IMG/VR virus record: IMGVR_UViG_3300040810_000656
Coordinates: 1 to 64,000 of that record
Length of the DNA stretch: 64,000 bases
Reading direction: 5' to 3' (one strand)
Source: a virus
Part shown: piece by piece, positions 48,390 through 56,904 of the stretch
How positions within the stretch are numbered: the first letter of the stretch is position 1
Layout: each line of letters starts with the position of its first letter
The notes under the pieces: generated by a model
What the model was told of the DNA's origin: nothing
Databases searched by the model: none
What the model saw: only the letters and a program-made list of their open reading frames with translations
Position numbers and translations under genes: made by a program

Positions 48390-50022
48390 TACTAATCACC
48401 TTTTGATATCTAGCTTGTTCCCAGCTATTTAGCTGGTTTCTAAAGTTTAACAATTCTTTACCAGCTTCTTCAATAGAAAAGGCTTTAAACTTATTATAGG
48501 ATTGAATATGTGATTCATTAAAATAACAATTTGCATCAACATTATCACATCTGTATCCATATGTGCAGTCTCTTAATACTCTTCTCCAAAAATATCCGCC
48601 AATCCAATCTGGTTTACATAAAACATTATTAAACAAAAAGTTTACTTTATCTTGTAGAGAAAGATTCTCAGGAACACTTGTTGCTGGCTGCTTTATTCTT
48701 GGTGGACTAAGCCAAGTAGATTTAATATCTTGAAGTTCTACTCTATTTGCATAGTCGATCCATTTATTGGCTGCATTATCCCATGTATAATGGGACTTTG
48801 CTTTATTCATTACTTCTATGCCCTTAGCACGTATTTGTTCTGGCGTTTCGTTTGTTAGTGCAAGCAAATAATTAATGAATTTTTCATTATCTGGAATGGC
48901 TCTCATGCATCCAGTTTCGCATTCTTTGTTATACGCCAGTGGCTCAATACCTACACCTCCTATGTTATCAATAACAGACTGCATGGCAGAATAGTATGTA
49001 GAAATAACAGGAAGCCCACAATAAGCGGCTTCTAGTTGAGGCATACCAAAACCTTCGCTGTTTGCGTATTGCACATAGACATCAAATATATTGTATATTT
49101 TTGCAAGATCTTCTTCCGACATCTTATTATTAATACCAACAAGTTGATTAGTAAACTTGCCGCAGTTCTTACAGTGCTGCACAGAATCTTGGAAAAAGTC
49201 AGAACTAATTTTATTACAGTTCTTGCATTTATATGTAAACAAAACCCTGTTTGACAAACTATGCTCATCTAAAAGACTTGGAATATCCCAGCCAATGTCT
49301 GGATAATATGTGTGGCAATATAAAAACACATTGTTCTTTTTTGTTCTATTTAAGAATTCTCTGAAAGCCTTAAATAAATCTGGATATAGTTTGCGTTTTT
49401 GGTTTCTCATTACAGTGCCAATAATTAATGATTGAGAATGAACACCGTGTTTTTGCTTGTGTTCATATTTATTGTCAATCATATTAAATGTATCACTTGC
49501 TGCTGGGGGTGCTAGATCTACAAATTTCATGTTGTCAGACTGTGAAGCAAGTGTATCGCGGCCAAACTCAGAATATGCAAAAATAGCATCTGCGTCTTCA
49601 TATGTTGCAATCCACTGATTATTTTGGGGAGCGGCGTCTACAGTAGGCATAAGTGCCCATTTGTAAAAATCTCTAAATGGAGAACGCTGTTCAAATTCTA
49701 CCATCCACCAATCTCTTATGTCCATCACTACATCTGGCATAAAGTCTATTAAAACTTCATTATAGGTAAAGTCTCCAAATTGAGCAGTTGGATTACTATA
49801 AGAGCTAAAATTTGGATGATCTTTGGATGGTTTATTTGGATAAATCTTCCAAGGATACTGTTTTATTTGAGGGTCTTCGGCTCCAGCATAAACACCCAAT
49901 TGAGCAACTTCAATATTTGGCTGTTGAGCCATTCTTTGAAGCACTTCATTGGTATAAACTGAATAGCCAGTTGTTAGCCAAGGAGCCTCTGATACAAATA
50001 ATACTTTAGTTTTTCTATTCAT
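48379..50022 (-). CDS. glycosyltransferase family 4 with zinc-ribbon insertion
   Basis: TTGYS, VMRNQKRK, CKNC-x14-CKNC insert, YANSEGFGMPQLEAAYCGLPVI. Confidence 0.88.
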   Translation of the reverse strand: MNRKTKVLFVSEAPWLTTGYSVYTNEVLQRMAQQPNIEVAQLGVYAGAEDPQIKQYPWKIYPNKPSKDHPNFSSYSNPTAQFGDFTYNEVLIDFMPDVVMDIRDWWMVEFEQRSPFRDFYKWALMPTVDAAPQNNQWIATYEDADAIFAYSEFGRDTLASQSDNMKFVDLAPPAASDTFNMIDNKYEHKQKHGVHSQSLIIGTVMRNQKRKLYPDLFKAFREFLNRTKKNNVFLYCHTYYPDIGWDIPSLLDEHSLSNRVLFTYKCKNCNKISSDFFQDSVQHCKNCGKFTNQLVGINNKMSEEDLAKIYNIFDVYVQYANSEGFGMPQLEAAYCGLPVISTYYSAMQSVIDNIGGVGIEPLAYNKECETGCMRAIPDNEKFINYLLALTNETPEQIRAKGIEVMNKAKSHYTWDNAANKWIDYANRVELQDIKSTWLSPPRIKQPATSVPENLSLQDKVNFLFNNVLCKPDWIGGYFWRRVLRDCTYGYRCDNVDANCYFNESHIQSYNKFKAFSIEEAGKELLNFRNQLNSWEQARYQKVISNVK

Positions 50023-50320
50023 CGTTATCAATATCGTTAAAGATTTTAAAACTAGTTACACGAAACACAAAATTATTACTATAGTTTCTAGCAATTGCTT
50101 CTATTACTATATAATCACCAAATCTACCTTGATTGGCAATCGCTTTTGCTGCCGTGTCCCATGCTTCAAAAGTCAAAACATTGTTTCTTTTTTTGGTGTA
50201 GCCTTCGCGGTCTTTGCGATGTTCTTCTACGTTAACTTTAAAACGACAAACTGTTGTATTGTGGACATTTTCTAAAATTGGGTCTTCCACAAACTTCCCA
50301 AGAAAATTACATTTATTCAT
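50015..50320 (-). CDS. ssb: single-stranded DNA-binding protein (short OB fold)
   Basis: MNKCNFLGKFVEDP, VCRFKVNV, FEAWDTAA, GDYIVIEA; short acidic C-terminus. Confidence 0.85.
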   Translation of the reverse strand: MNKCNFLGKFVEDPILENVHNTTVCRFKVNVEEHRKDREGYTKKRNNVLTFEAWDTAAKAIANQGRFGDYIVIEAIARNYSNNFVFRVTSFKIFNDIDNDE

Positions 50321-50323
50321 TTA

Positions 50324-51874
50324 TCAAACCTGTTTTACTCTGTTTACAATTATAGATGTTTTATCGCGTTTAGATATTTCACCATGAATAAGAACGGTGT
50401 TTCCCTCTACTAGCAAGTCTTTATACTCTTCAAAAGCCTCTGGAAAAACGGTAATCGAATCCAGCATCCCGCTGCTGTCTTCGGCACAAACAAATGCCAT
50501 AAGCTGACCAGGATTTTTGCCCTTTTTAGTTTTGTATTGTCTAACAGAACTAATGCTTACAACAATGTTTACTTTACCTGTTATCGCACCGTTTGCTATG
50601 TCTCGACACATAGTAGCATATGACGCCTCTTCAGTATCATCAACCTTGCTGCACGTTAAAGCACATCCCATTAAATTTTCCTCGTCTTGAGCAATTGTAG
50701 CAACACTATCCTTAATTCCATACATTGGATTAGCTAGAGCCTGATTAATATCTGCTACAGTTTGCTGTCTCTTAGAAGTAAGCTTGAAATTCATGAGCAT
50801 GTCATTCACGCAGTCATATAGAGTATTAAACTTTTTGTAGTTTTCATATACATACTTCTGTTCTCTTGCTGTTAATTGTTGCCAGCTATCAAATTCATAT
50901 AGCATTTTTTTACGATCTGTGTGGTTCTTTGGCCCATTAAATGCACCAACGGAAATTAATGATATAGCAGCTCTTTTATTTACCTTGCCATTATAGATCA
51001 TTTCCATTAGGCAGTTTAGCCATGTGAATTGACTTATTTCATGACTAGACTTTAGGTTTTCAATCTTTGCACACTCAGCATCGCCAACATTCTTAACATG
51101 CGAAATGCCAAAAATAATTTTACCTTCATGATCTGTAAAATCTTTATATAGGTAGTTTAGTCTTGGTGGATATACTTCAATATCGTTACCCTTGGCATCA
51201 ACGATTAGCTCCTTCATTTCACGCTGAGAGTCTGGCTTACGATACGCATGATTAAGATAAGTGACATAGAATTTGGATGGACGATAAAGTTTACAATATG
51301 CTGACCAATAAGCATTAATAGCATATGAAACAGCGTGTGATTTGTTAAATGCGTATCTGTTAGACTTCTCAATCCATCCAAAGATTTCCTGGGCGATCTC
51401 CTTAGAAACAATACCAAGCTTTTCAGCACCCTCTAGGAACTGACCCTTAACCTTTTCCATGAGGTCGGCTTTCTTTTTACCAATAGCCTTACGAAGAGCG
51501 TCTGCTTCCTTCAGATCAAACCCAGCAAGTTTCTGGGCGATCATCATAGATTGCTCTTGGTATACAAGCACCCCATAAGTTTCAGATAGAATATCCTCAA
51601 GAGACTCATGCTGGTAAATAACCTTGTCTTTTCCAGCCTTACGGTCACAGTAATGCTGAGTCATAGATTTACCGTCTACATAGGCACGAAGACACCCAGG
51701 ACGGATAAGACTAATTAGAGCGGATAGTTCTGAAATACTTCTAGGATGTAACTGTTTTGACCAATGGCGACCAAGATTAGACTCTAGCTGAAACACTCCC
51801 TTGGTACGTCCTGAACAAATATAGTCCCATACTTTTGTGTCGTGAAAATCATTAATGTCAAACTGACTACTCAA
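50324..51874 (-). CDS. dnaE: DNA polymerase III alpha, C-terminal part (fingers, HhH, OB)
   Basis: GVFQLES, SLIRPG, ETYGVLVYQEQ, ADALRKAIGKKK, YAFNKSHA, MAFVCAEDSSG; probable TTG start at 51874 behind GGAG. Confidence 0.95.
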   Translation of the reverse strand: MSSQFDINDFHDTKVWDYICSGRTKGVFQLESNLGRHWSKQLHPRSISELSALISLIRPGCLRAYVDGKSMTQHYCDRKAGKDKVIYQHESLEDILSETYGVLVYQEQSMMIAQKLAGFDLKEADALRKAIGKKKADLMEKVKGQFLEGAEKLGIVSKEIAQEIFGWIEKSNRYAFNKSHAVSYAINAYWSAYCKLYRPSKFYVTYLNHAYRKPDSQREMKELIVDAKGNDIEVYPPRLNYLYKDFTDHEGKIIFGISHVKNVGDAECAKIENLKSSHEISQFTWLNCLMEMIYNGKVNKRAAISLISVGAFNGPKNHTDRKKMLYEFDSWQQLTAREQKYVYENYKKFNTLYDCVNDMLMNFKLTSKRQQTVADINQALANPMYGIKDSVATIAQDEENLMGCALTCSKVDDTEEASYATMCRDIANGAITGKVNIVVSISSVRQYKTKKGKNPGQLMAFVCAEDSSGMLDSITVFPEAFEEYKDLLVEGNTVLIHGEISKRDKTSIIVNRVKQV

Positions 51875-52556
51875 TATACATTTCTCCGTTTGCAAATGCT
51901 TTTTCAAACTTTACCTTCTTCAATAGCCCACGTTGAAGCTTCAAGAACTTAATAAGGATGTTGGCAGTGTCCTTAACGTCTTGTAGAGCATCATGAGCGT
52001 TATCCTTGGATAGTCCAAAATAATCACGCAAGTAATCCATGTTATAAGACTTAACATCTTGATTGTTCTCAAACCAGCAGTAGATGTGATCCATTAGGTC
52101 CATCTTAAAGACAGGATTAAATAACTTTTGGTCATCACGATCAGTATTGTATGGGCCATACTCTTTACACATGCGACGAACAATAGGCATATCATAACTA
52201 ATAATGTTAAAACCAGCAGCGATTGGAGCAGTGAACGGAGTATTTTTCCAATTGTACTGATTTACAAATTCTGTAAACTTCTTCCATACTACCTTTGGGG
52301 GTGGTGCTTTTGCTAGGTCTTCACGGTTCTTTCTGGTAATTTCCAGTGCCTTTTCCTCAAGCGGAGCAACACCAGCGGCAATAGCTTTTTCATCATCAAT
52401 AATAGGACGAATCTCGCTATTGAATACACCTCCAGGTTGAAGAGTTAGCTTTCTGCCATGAATAGCAATTGCAGCAATCTGCGTAGGTTGTGCTGTGTTA
52501 GGATTAGCACCACCAGTCTCAAAATCGAAGCAAATAATGTCCCTCATATTAGCCAT
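51867..52556 (-). CDS. dnaQ: DEDDh 3'-5' exonuclease (DNA polymerase III epsilon-like)
   Basis: FDFETGG (ExoI), GFNIISYD (ExoII), AHDALQD (ExoIII). Confidence 0.88.
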   Translation of the reverse strand: MANMRDIICFDFETGGANPNTAQPTQIAAIAIHGRKLTLQPGGVFNSEIRPIIDDEKAIAAGVAPLEEKALEITRKNREDLAKAPPPKVVWKKFTEFVNQYNWKNTPFTAPIAAGFNIISYDMPIVRRMCKEYGPYNTDRDDQKLFNPVFKMDLMDHIYCWFENNQDVKSYNMDYLRDYFGLSKDNAHDALQDVKDTANILIKFLKLQRGLLKKVKFEKAFANGEMYIE

Positions 52557-52776
52557 GAATCTTATCCTTTAATAGGGAAGAAAATTTATTAACAGCTTCG
52601 TCAAGATTAGCATAAAGATTGTAGCATCTGTGCTTCTCAGACCATACTTGATACTTAGCACTACGCTTAATTATAGCATTCTTCATTACGTTGTCAATAT
52701 TGCAAATGGATACACCATCAACATCAAGCGATCCGCCCCCATAAATAACAGCTTTAACGTCTTGTTTAGTCATCAT
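52549..52776 (-). CDS. hypothetical 75-aa protein between dnaE-N and dnaQ
   Basis: ATGA overlap with the dnaE-N stop; GGAG RBS; stop overlaps dnaQ start. Confidence 0.7.
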   Translation of the reverse strand: MMTKQDVKAVIYGGGSLDVDGVSICNIDNVMKNAIIKRSAKYQVWSEKHRCYNLYANLDEAVNKFSSLLKDKIHG

Positions 52777-54338
52777 AATTTAATCTCCATGACTTTTGAT
52801 AGTAGATCAATCCCAAGAATGTCTAGTTTAACTAAACCCAAAGTCTCCAAGTCTCCCATCTCAAACGCCGCCACAGGTACTCCGTTTTTATCATTAATCA
52901 TAGGACATACGTCCTTGAGCCTGTGTTTGGAAACAATCACCCCGGCGGCATGTTTTCCATGAGATTTATTCGTTCCCTCAATCCTAATAGCCTGTTTAAA
53001 AATATCAGCGAGCGGACCCACAAGATTGCCATCGTTATCTTTACGACACCAACCTTCTAGATCTTCTGACTGATTTTCCAATGCCCAATTGATAATGCTT
53101 TTATCTTCTGACACTTCTAGCTGGTCAGAGATTTCAGCTTCATTGGGAATGCTCTTTGTTATCTCGTTCATTTCGGTAAATGACACAGCGTCATTAATTC
53201 TCAGCACTTCTTTCAATGCGGCACGACCTTGGAGTCTGCCAAACGTGATCATCTGTGAGACGTTTTCATGACCGTACTTGTCCTTAATGTAGTCAATAAC
53301 TTCATCACGATGCTCCGCTGGAACATCAACATCAATATCAGGCAGAGAGATATTGTCTTTGGTATTTCGTCCTTCATTATAGAATCTCTCAAAAATAAGA
53401 CCATACTCAATTGGATCTACTTCCGTTATACCAATTAAGTAAGAGACTAAACAGCCAGCAGCAGATCCTCGACCAGGACCAGCAAGCCAGCCACGACGTT
53501 TAACTTCGTTTACAATATCAGCAACAATAAGGAAATAACCAGATAAATCTGCCTTGAGAATAACATCTAGTTCACGCTTGACGCGATCAGCATAGATCTT
53601 CTTCACGTTCTCATTATCAACCTTATTGGTTGTCATGATCCTAGACTTCCATCCTTCACGACACAGATGACGAAGATAATCTGGCTGAGACATATTTTTA
53701 GGAGTAGCAAAAGCTGGAAGAACGGGATTTCTAGCAACTTCATATTCTTCGCACATATCCTCAATACGGTCTAACTTATTGTTATCTTTGGGTGCATGAA
53801 GATAAAATCTATCCGTCTCAAAAAACTTTCTGTTGTCAAATTCTTCATCTGTCTTTAAACGCTTCTTGATCTTGGGTATAGTGGTTTTCATTCCAGAACA
53901 TAGAAGCACTCTATGGCATTCTGCGTCTTCTTTAAAAACATAATACACAGGATCAGAAGTGTGGTCATATTTAATAAAACTAGAGCCAAATATCTTTCTA
54001 TATGTTTCATTATTGCTAATACATATAACGTTATTTTTTTTGGATACTAGTTGTAGAGCGTCGATTGTTTGATTAGAAACACATGCAATAACGTCAAACC
54101 ATCCATCATGATTCGTTGCTATAAGCATATAATCACCAAAGTCACAACCAATAATTGGTTTGATTCCATGCTTTTTACATGCCGAGTGGAAGTCCACCGC
54201 ACCAGAAATAGTCTTCATGTCAGCAAGAACGCATGATGTATAGCCAAGCTCTTTGGCTCGCTTGGCTAACTCATTACATTTAGAAAAACCACTCAACAAA
54301 CTAAAATGCGTCTTACAGTTAATCGCAATCTTAGGCAT
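52773..54338 (-). CDS. dnaE: DNA polymerase III alpha, N-terminal part (degenerate PHP, palm, thumb)
   Basis: HFSLLSG, GIKPIIGC, GPGRGSAAGCLVSY, LIFERF, SLPDIDVD, GKHAAGVIV, GLVKLDILG then stop. Confidence 0.95.
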   Translation of the reverse strand: MPKIAINCKTHFSLLSGFSKCNELAKRAKELGYTSCVLADMKTISGAVDFHSACKKHGIKPIIGCDFGDYMLIATNHDGWFDVIACVSNQTIDALQLVSKKNNVICISNNETYRKIFGSSFIKYDHTSDPVYYVFKEDAECHRVLLCSGMKTTIPKIKKRLKTDEEFDNRKFFETDRFYLHAPKDNNKLDRIEDMCEEYEVARNPVLPAFATPKNMSQPDYLRHLCREGWKSRIMTTNKVDNENVKKIYADRVKRELDVILKADLSGYFLIVADIVNEVKRRGWLAGPGRGSAAGCLVSYLIGITEVDPIEYGLIFERFYNEGRNTKDNISLPDIDVDVPAEHRDEVIDYIKDKYGHENVSQMITFGRLQGRAALKEVLRINDAVSFTEMNEITKSIPNEAEISDQLEVSEDKSIINWALENQSEDLEGWCRKDNDGNLVGPLADIFKQAIRIEGTNKSHGKHAAGVIVSKHRLKDVCPMINDKNGVPVAAFEMGDLETLGLVKLDILGIDLLSKVMEIKL

Positions 54339-55236
54339 ACTTCAATAATTCCTCTCTAGTTGTTTTCAATTGTTCCTTAATCTTATCAATACCAATAGAA
54401 TCTCTAGCACAAACAACTTCAGCAAGATATTTACCTATCCATTTTGGATTAAGTACTGTCATGTTGTAGATTGCAACATTATTAGAAATTTCTGAACATT
54501 GTTTAGAATTGATGCTATTTAAAGTAATAGATAATGTTTTGTCTAGAATACTCCAAGGAGTTCTAGCAAACGGTGCATTTAGATAATACCATAAAGGAGG
54601 AAGGTTGTCAACTAAGGGAATAGCTCCCATTTTTATTGTTTCAAAAAACCTAAATGTTTCAGGGCTGTTTGCCCCATGTGGACACAAAACAATTTTAGAA
54701 TCATTAATAAGATGAATATAAGCTTCATGACCTAACCCCTTATTAAAACCATCAGTATACATAACTTTATATTTAAATTTCATGCCAGAATTTAACATTA
54801 AATTATCTAAGTTTCTTTTAAAACAATCTCTTGTTCCAGTTTTTGGAATTTGACCGACAAAAATAAAATCGTAATTTCTTTCTGGCAGAGGTTTGGGGTC
54901 TGGCATATTTGAAAAATCAGCAAAAGTTCCTATAGGCATAGGATAAACTAAGTTGTTCGTAGGATACAATCTTTGAAATTTATCCAACCAAGGATAATTT
55001 TGAAATATCATATGGACATCAGAAACAAACAAATCACATGGATTTATGTGTATTTCTCTTGATGTGGAAATTTGTATATTTAGCTTGTCATCGTAAAATT
55101 TAGGCCAATCTTGCTGATCATATTTTACAACGACACGATAATTATTTGGCAATGCTTGAGCAAGTTCCTTGGCTACCTCTAAGGTATAAACATTGCCCTG
55201 ATCAAATTCTTGATGAATGTCAATTAATTCTGCCAT
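54331..55236 (-). CDS. exostosin/GT47-like glycosyltransferase (paralog of 37682..38494)
   Basis: RNYDFIFVGQ, SKIVLCPHGANSPETFRFFETIKMG. Confidence 0.7.
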   Translation of the reverse strand: MAELIDIHQEFDQGNVYTLEVAKELAQALPNNYRVVVKYDQQDWPKFYDDKLNIQISTSREIHINPCDLFVSDVHMIFQNYPWLDKFQRLYPTNNLVYPMPIGTFADFSNMPDPKPLPERNYDFIFVGQIPKTGTRDCFKRNLDNLMLNSGMKFKYKVMYTDGFNKGLGHEAYIHLINDSKIVLCPHGANSPETFRFFETIKMGAIPLVDNLPPLWYYLNAPFARTPWSILDKTLSITLNSINSKQCSEISNNVAIYNMTVLNPKWIGKYLAEVVCARDSIGIDKIKEQLKTTREELLKYA

Positions 55237-55877
55237 TATATTTTTCTAAGTTTTCCTGTTCCATCGTTTGTAAATACTACTTGATTTTTTTGTTTTGTTC
55301 TATTTTTAGCAACTGCTCTTATTCTAGTAGGTGGATCATCGGTATCTTCTTGGTTTATTTTTCGATATTCTATACTATCTTCCCATAGAAAACTCATTTG
55401 CATTTGGTCTAGAAAATATGGCTCTAGATTTTTAAGTTGAGATGGATACCACGCTTCTAGTAATTTAGTTTTCTTCTTTGTATACAGTAATTCACTAGTA
55501 ATATCATCAAAGTATAGCCACCATTTGTGCTCTTCAAAATTTCCAAATACTAGATTATCAAATAGAGGAGTTGGAACTTCTATGTATCCACGTTTTCCTA
55601 TCCTCATCAATTCAGACATATATACTTCCATATCATCTACATGCTCAGTCACATGACTAGCTATGACAAAATCAAATTCCTTATCTTCAAATGGAGTCTT
55701 AGAAGCATCAGACTGAACAAATCTTTTACCTGGATATAAGCTGCTATGATCTTTTATGTCTAAAATAGTATTAGCTTGACTCCAGGCATTTGAGCCTCCA
55801 CCCAAGTCTACAATTTTCCAATCTGGATTTTTATTAAGCAGCCCTTCTATATATTTTTTTGAAGTTCTTTTTATCAT
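55236..55877 (-). CDS. class I SAM-dependent methyltransferase
   Basis: Start MIKRTS (55877); IVDLGGG, PFEDKEFDFVIASHVTEH, RIGKRGYIEVP. Confidence 0.85.
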   Translation of the reverse strand: MIKRTSKKYIEGLLNKNPDWKIVDLGGGSNAWSQANTILDIKDHSSLYPGKRFVQSDASKTPFEDKEFDFVIASHVTEHVDDMEVYMSELMRIGKRGYIEVPTPLFDNLVFGNFEEHKWWLYFDDITSELLYTKKKTKLLEAWYPSQLKNLEPYFLDQMQMSFLWEDSIEYRKINQEDTDDPPTRIRAVAKNRTKQKNQVVFTNDGTGKLRKI

Positions 55878-55878
55878 T

Positions 55879-56901
55879 TTAACCTGGAGCCTCATAGTAA
55901 TTGGAATCAAACCCGTCACGCTTCATCTTCTCGGTAGTCTCATCATAACCAAAAGCAATCAAATGTTCTTCTGCATACTGACACATTGACGTATTTGTTC
56001 CAGGCCACTTAGTCTTATAGAAATTGCATAATTTTGTACACTTGAAACTTTTACGGTCTTTTGAGCAAGGCTGTGGAAAATCGTTTCTTGTAATAGACTT
56101 CCATCGTTTCTCCAACATACCAAGGAATTTTTGCTGATCCTCTTTGTCAAAGCACATGCTAAAAGGACCGCCATCTCTAATGAAAAAGATAGACATGATA
56201 GCCTGATCGTATTCTGGAAAGAGTTTAGATATGGCGTAGTTATATAGAAGAAGCTGTGGGTCTTCGCATAGTTTTTCATATGTCTTTTCTTCTCCGGTAG
56301 CCCAGTTTAGGCGACGACCAGTTTTCCAGTCGATTACTTCTATAACACCATCATCTACTTCTGTTACGAAGTCAATAGTACCTTTAATAGAAAGCTGACC
56401 TTCTGCTTCTTTGCCTTTGCTATCCTTGTACTTAAATTTTGCCCACGGTTCCTCAATAGGAATATCGAAATGCGGTTCCGCAGCGACGATCTTTCTGTTT
56501 CTTGGATCGAACTGACCATCATTGTATTCAATTGCTGTTTGAACAAGCTCATCACAGAATCTATAATCAGCATCAGTATATTCATGAATGCACTTATTAG
56601 TATAAGACACATATGCTTCTTTTAAAATTTTAGCTACGAACCTTTTAGTATACAAAGCCTTTGGAGTACATTGAATTCCTCCAATGGCATCATCTACTAT
56701 TTTCAAGGTTTTAGCATCTGGATTATCTTGCTGCTCTTTTTTAAGTGTAGCAAGAACTTCCATTACCTTATGCACAATAGTTCCAAGCTGTGCCTTTTTA
56801 CCAGACGGAGACTGATACCCCAACACGTATGTAAAGTAATATTGCATCTGACAGTATTCATAACCATTGTATGATGACGATCTAATGTACGGACAGAGCA
56901 T
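55879..56901 (-). CDS. PD-(D/E)XK exonuclease, Cas4/AddB-like with Fe-S staple cysteines
   Basis: SS....CQMQYYF, GTIVHKVME, KGTIDFV, VIDWKTG, QLLLY, C-terminal C..KCTKLC. Confidence 0.85.
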   Translation of the reverse strand: MLCPYIRSSSYNGYEYCQMQYYFTYVLGYQSPSGKKAQLGTIVHKVMEVLATLKKEQQDNPDAKTLKIVDDAIGGIQCTPKALYTKRFVAKILKEAYVSYTNKCIHEYTDADYRFCDELVQTAIEYNDGQFDPRNRKIVAAEPHFDIPIEEPWAKFKYKDSKGKEAEGQLSIKGTIDFVTEVDDGVIEVIDWKTGRRLNWATGEEKTYEKLCEDPQLLLYNYAISKLFPEYDQAIMSIFFIRDGGPFSMCFDKEDQQKFLGMLEKRWKSITRNDFPQPCSKDRKSFKCTKLCNFYKTKWPGTNTSMCQYAEEHLIAFGYDETTEKMKRDGFDSNYYEAPG

Positions 56902-56904
56902 GTA

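Noticed and set aside
51867-51907. Programmed frameshift fusing DnaQ to DnaE-C
   Set aside because: The frames overlap by only ~40 nt, and a GGAG plus TTG start at 51874 explains DnaE-C more simply; not fully excluded without proteomics
51867-52776. Split intein or self-splicing intron joining the two dnaE parts
   Set aside because: No intein terminal motifs on either part; the intervening DNA is fully occupied by two overlapping ORFs, leaving no non-coding intron core
50324-54338. dnaE as a pseudogene
   Set aside because: Both parts are long intact ORFs with all catalytic motifs, plausible start signals and a clean break at a domain boundary
55879-56901. CRISPR-Cas system suggested by the Cas4-like nuclease
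   Set aside because: No repeat-spacer array or other cas genes; solo Cas4/AddB-like nucleases are common in phage replication modules
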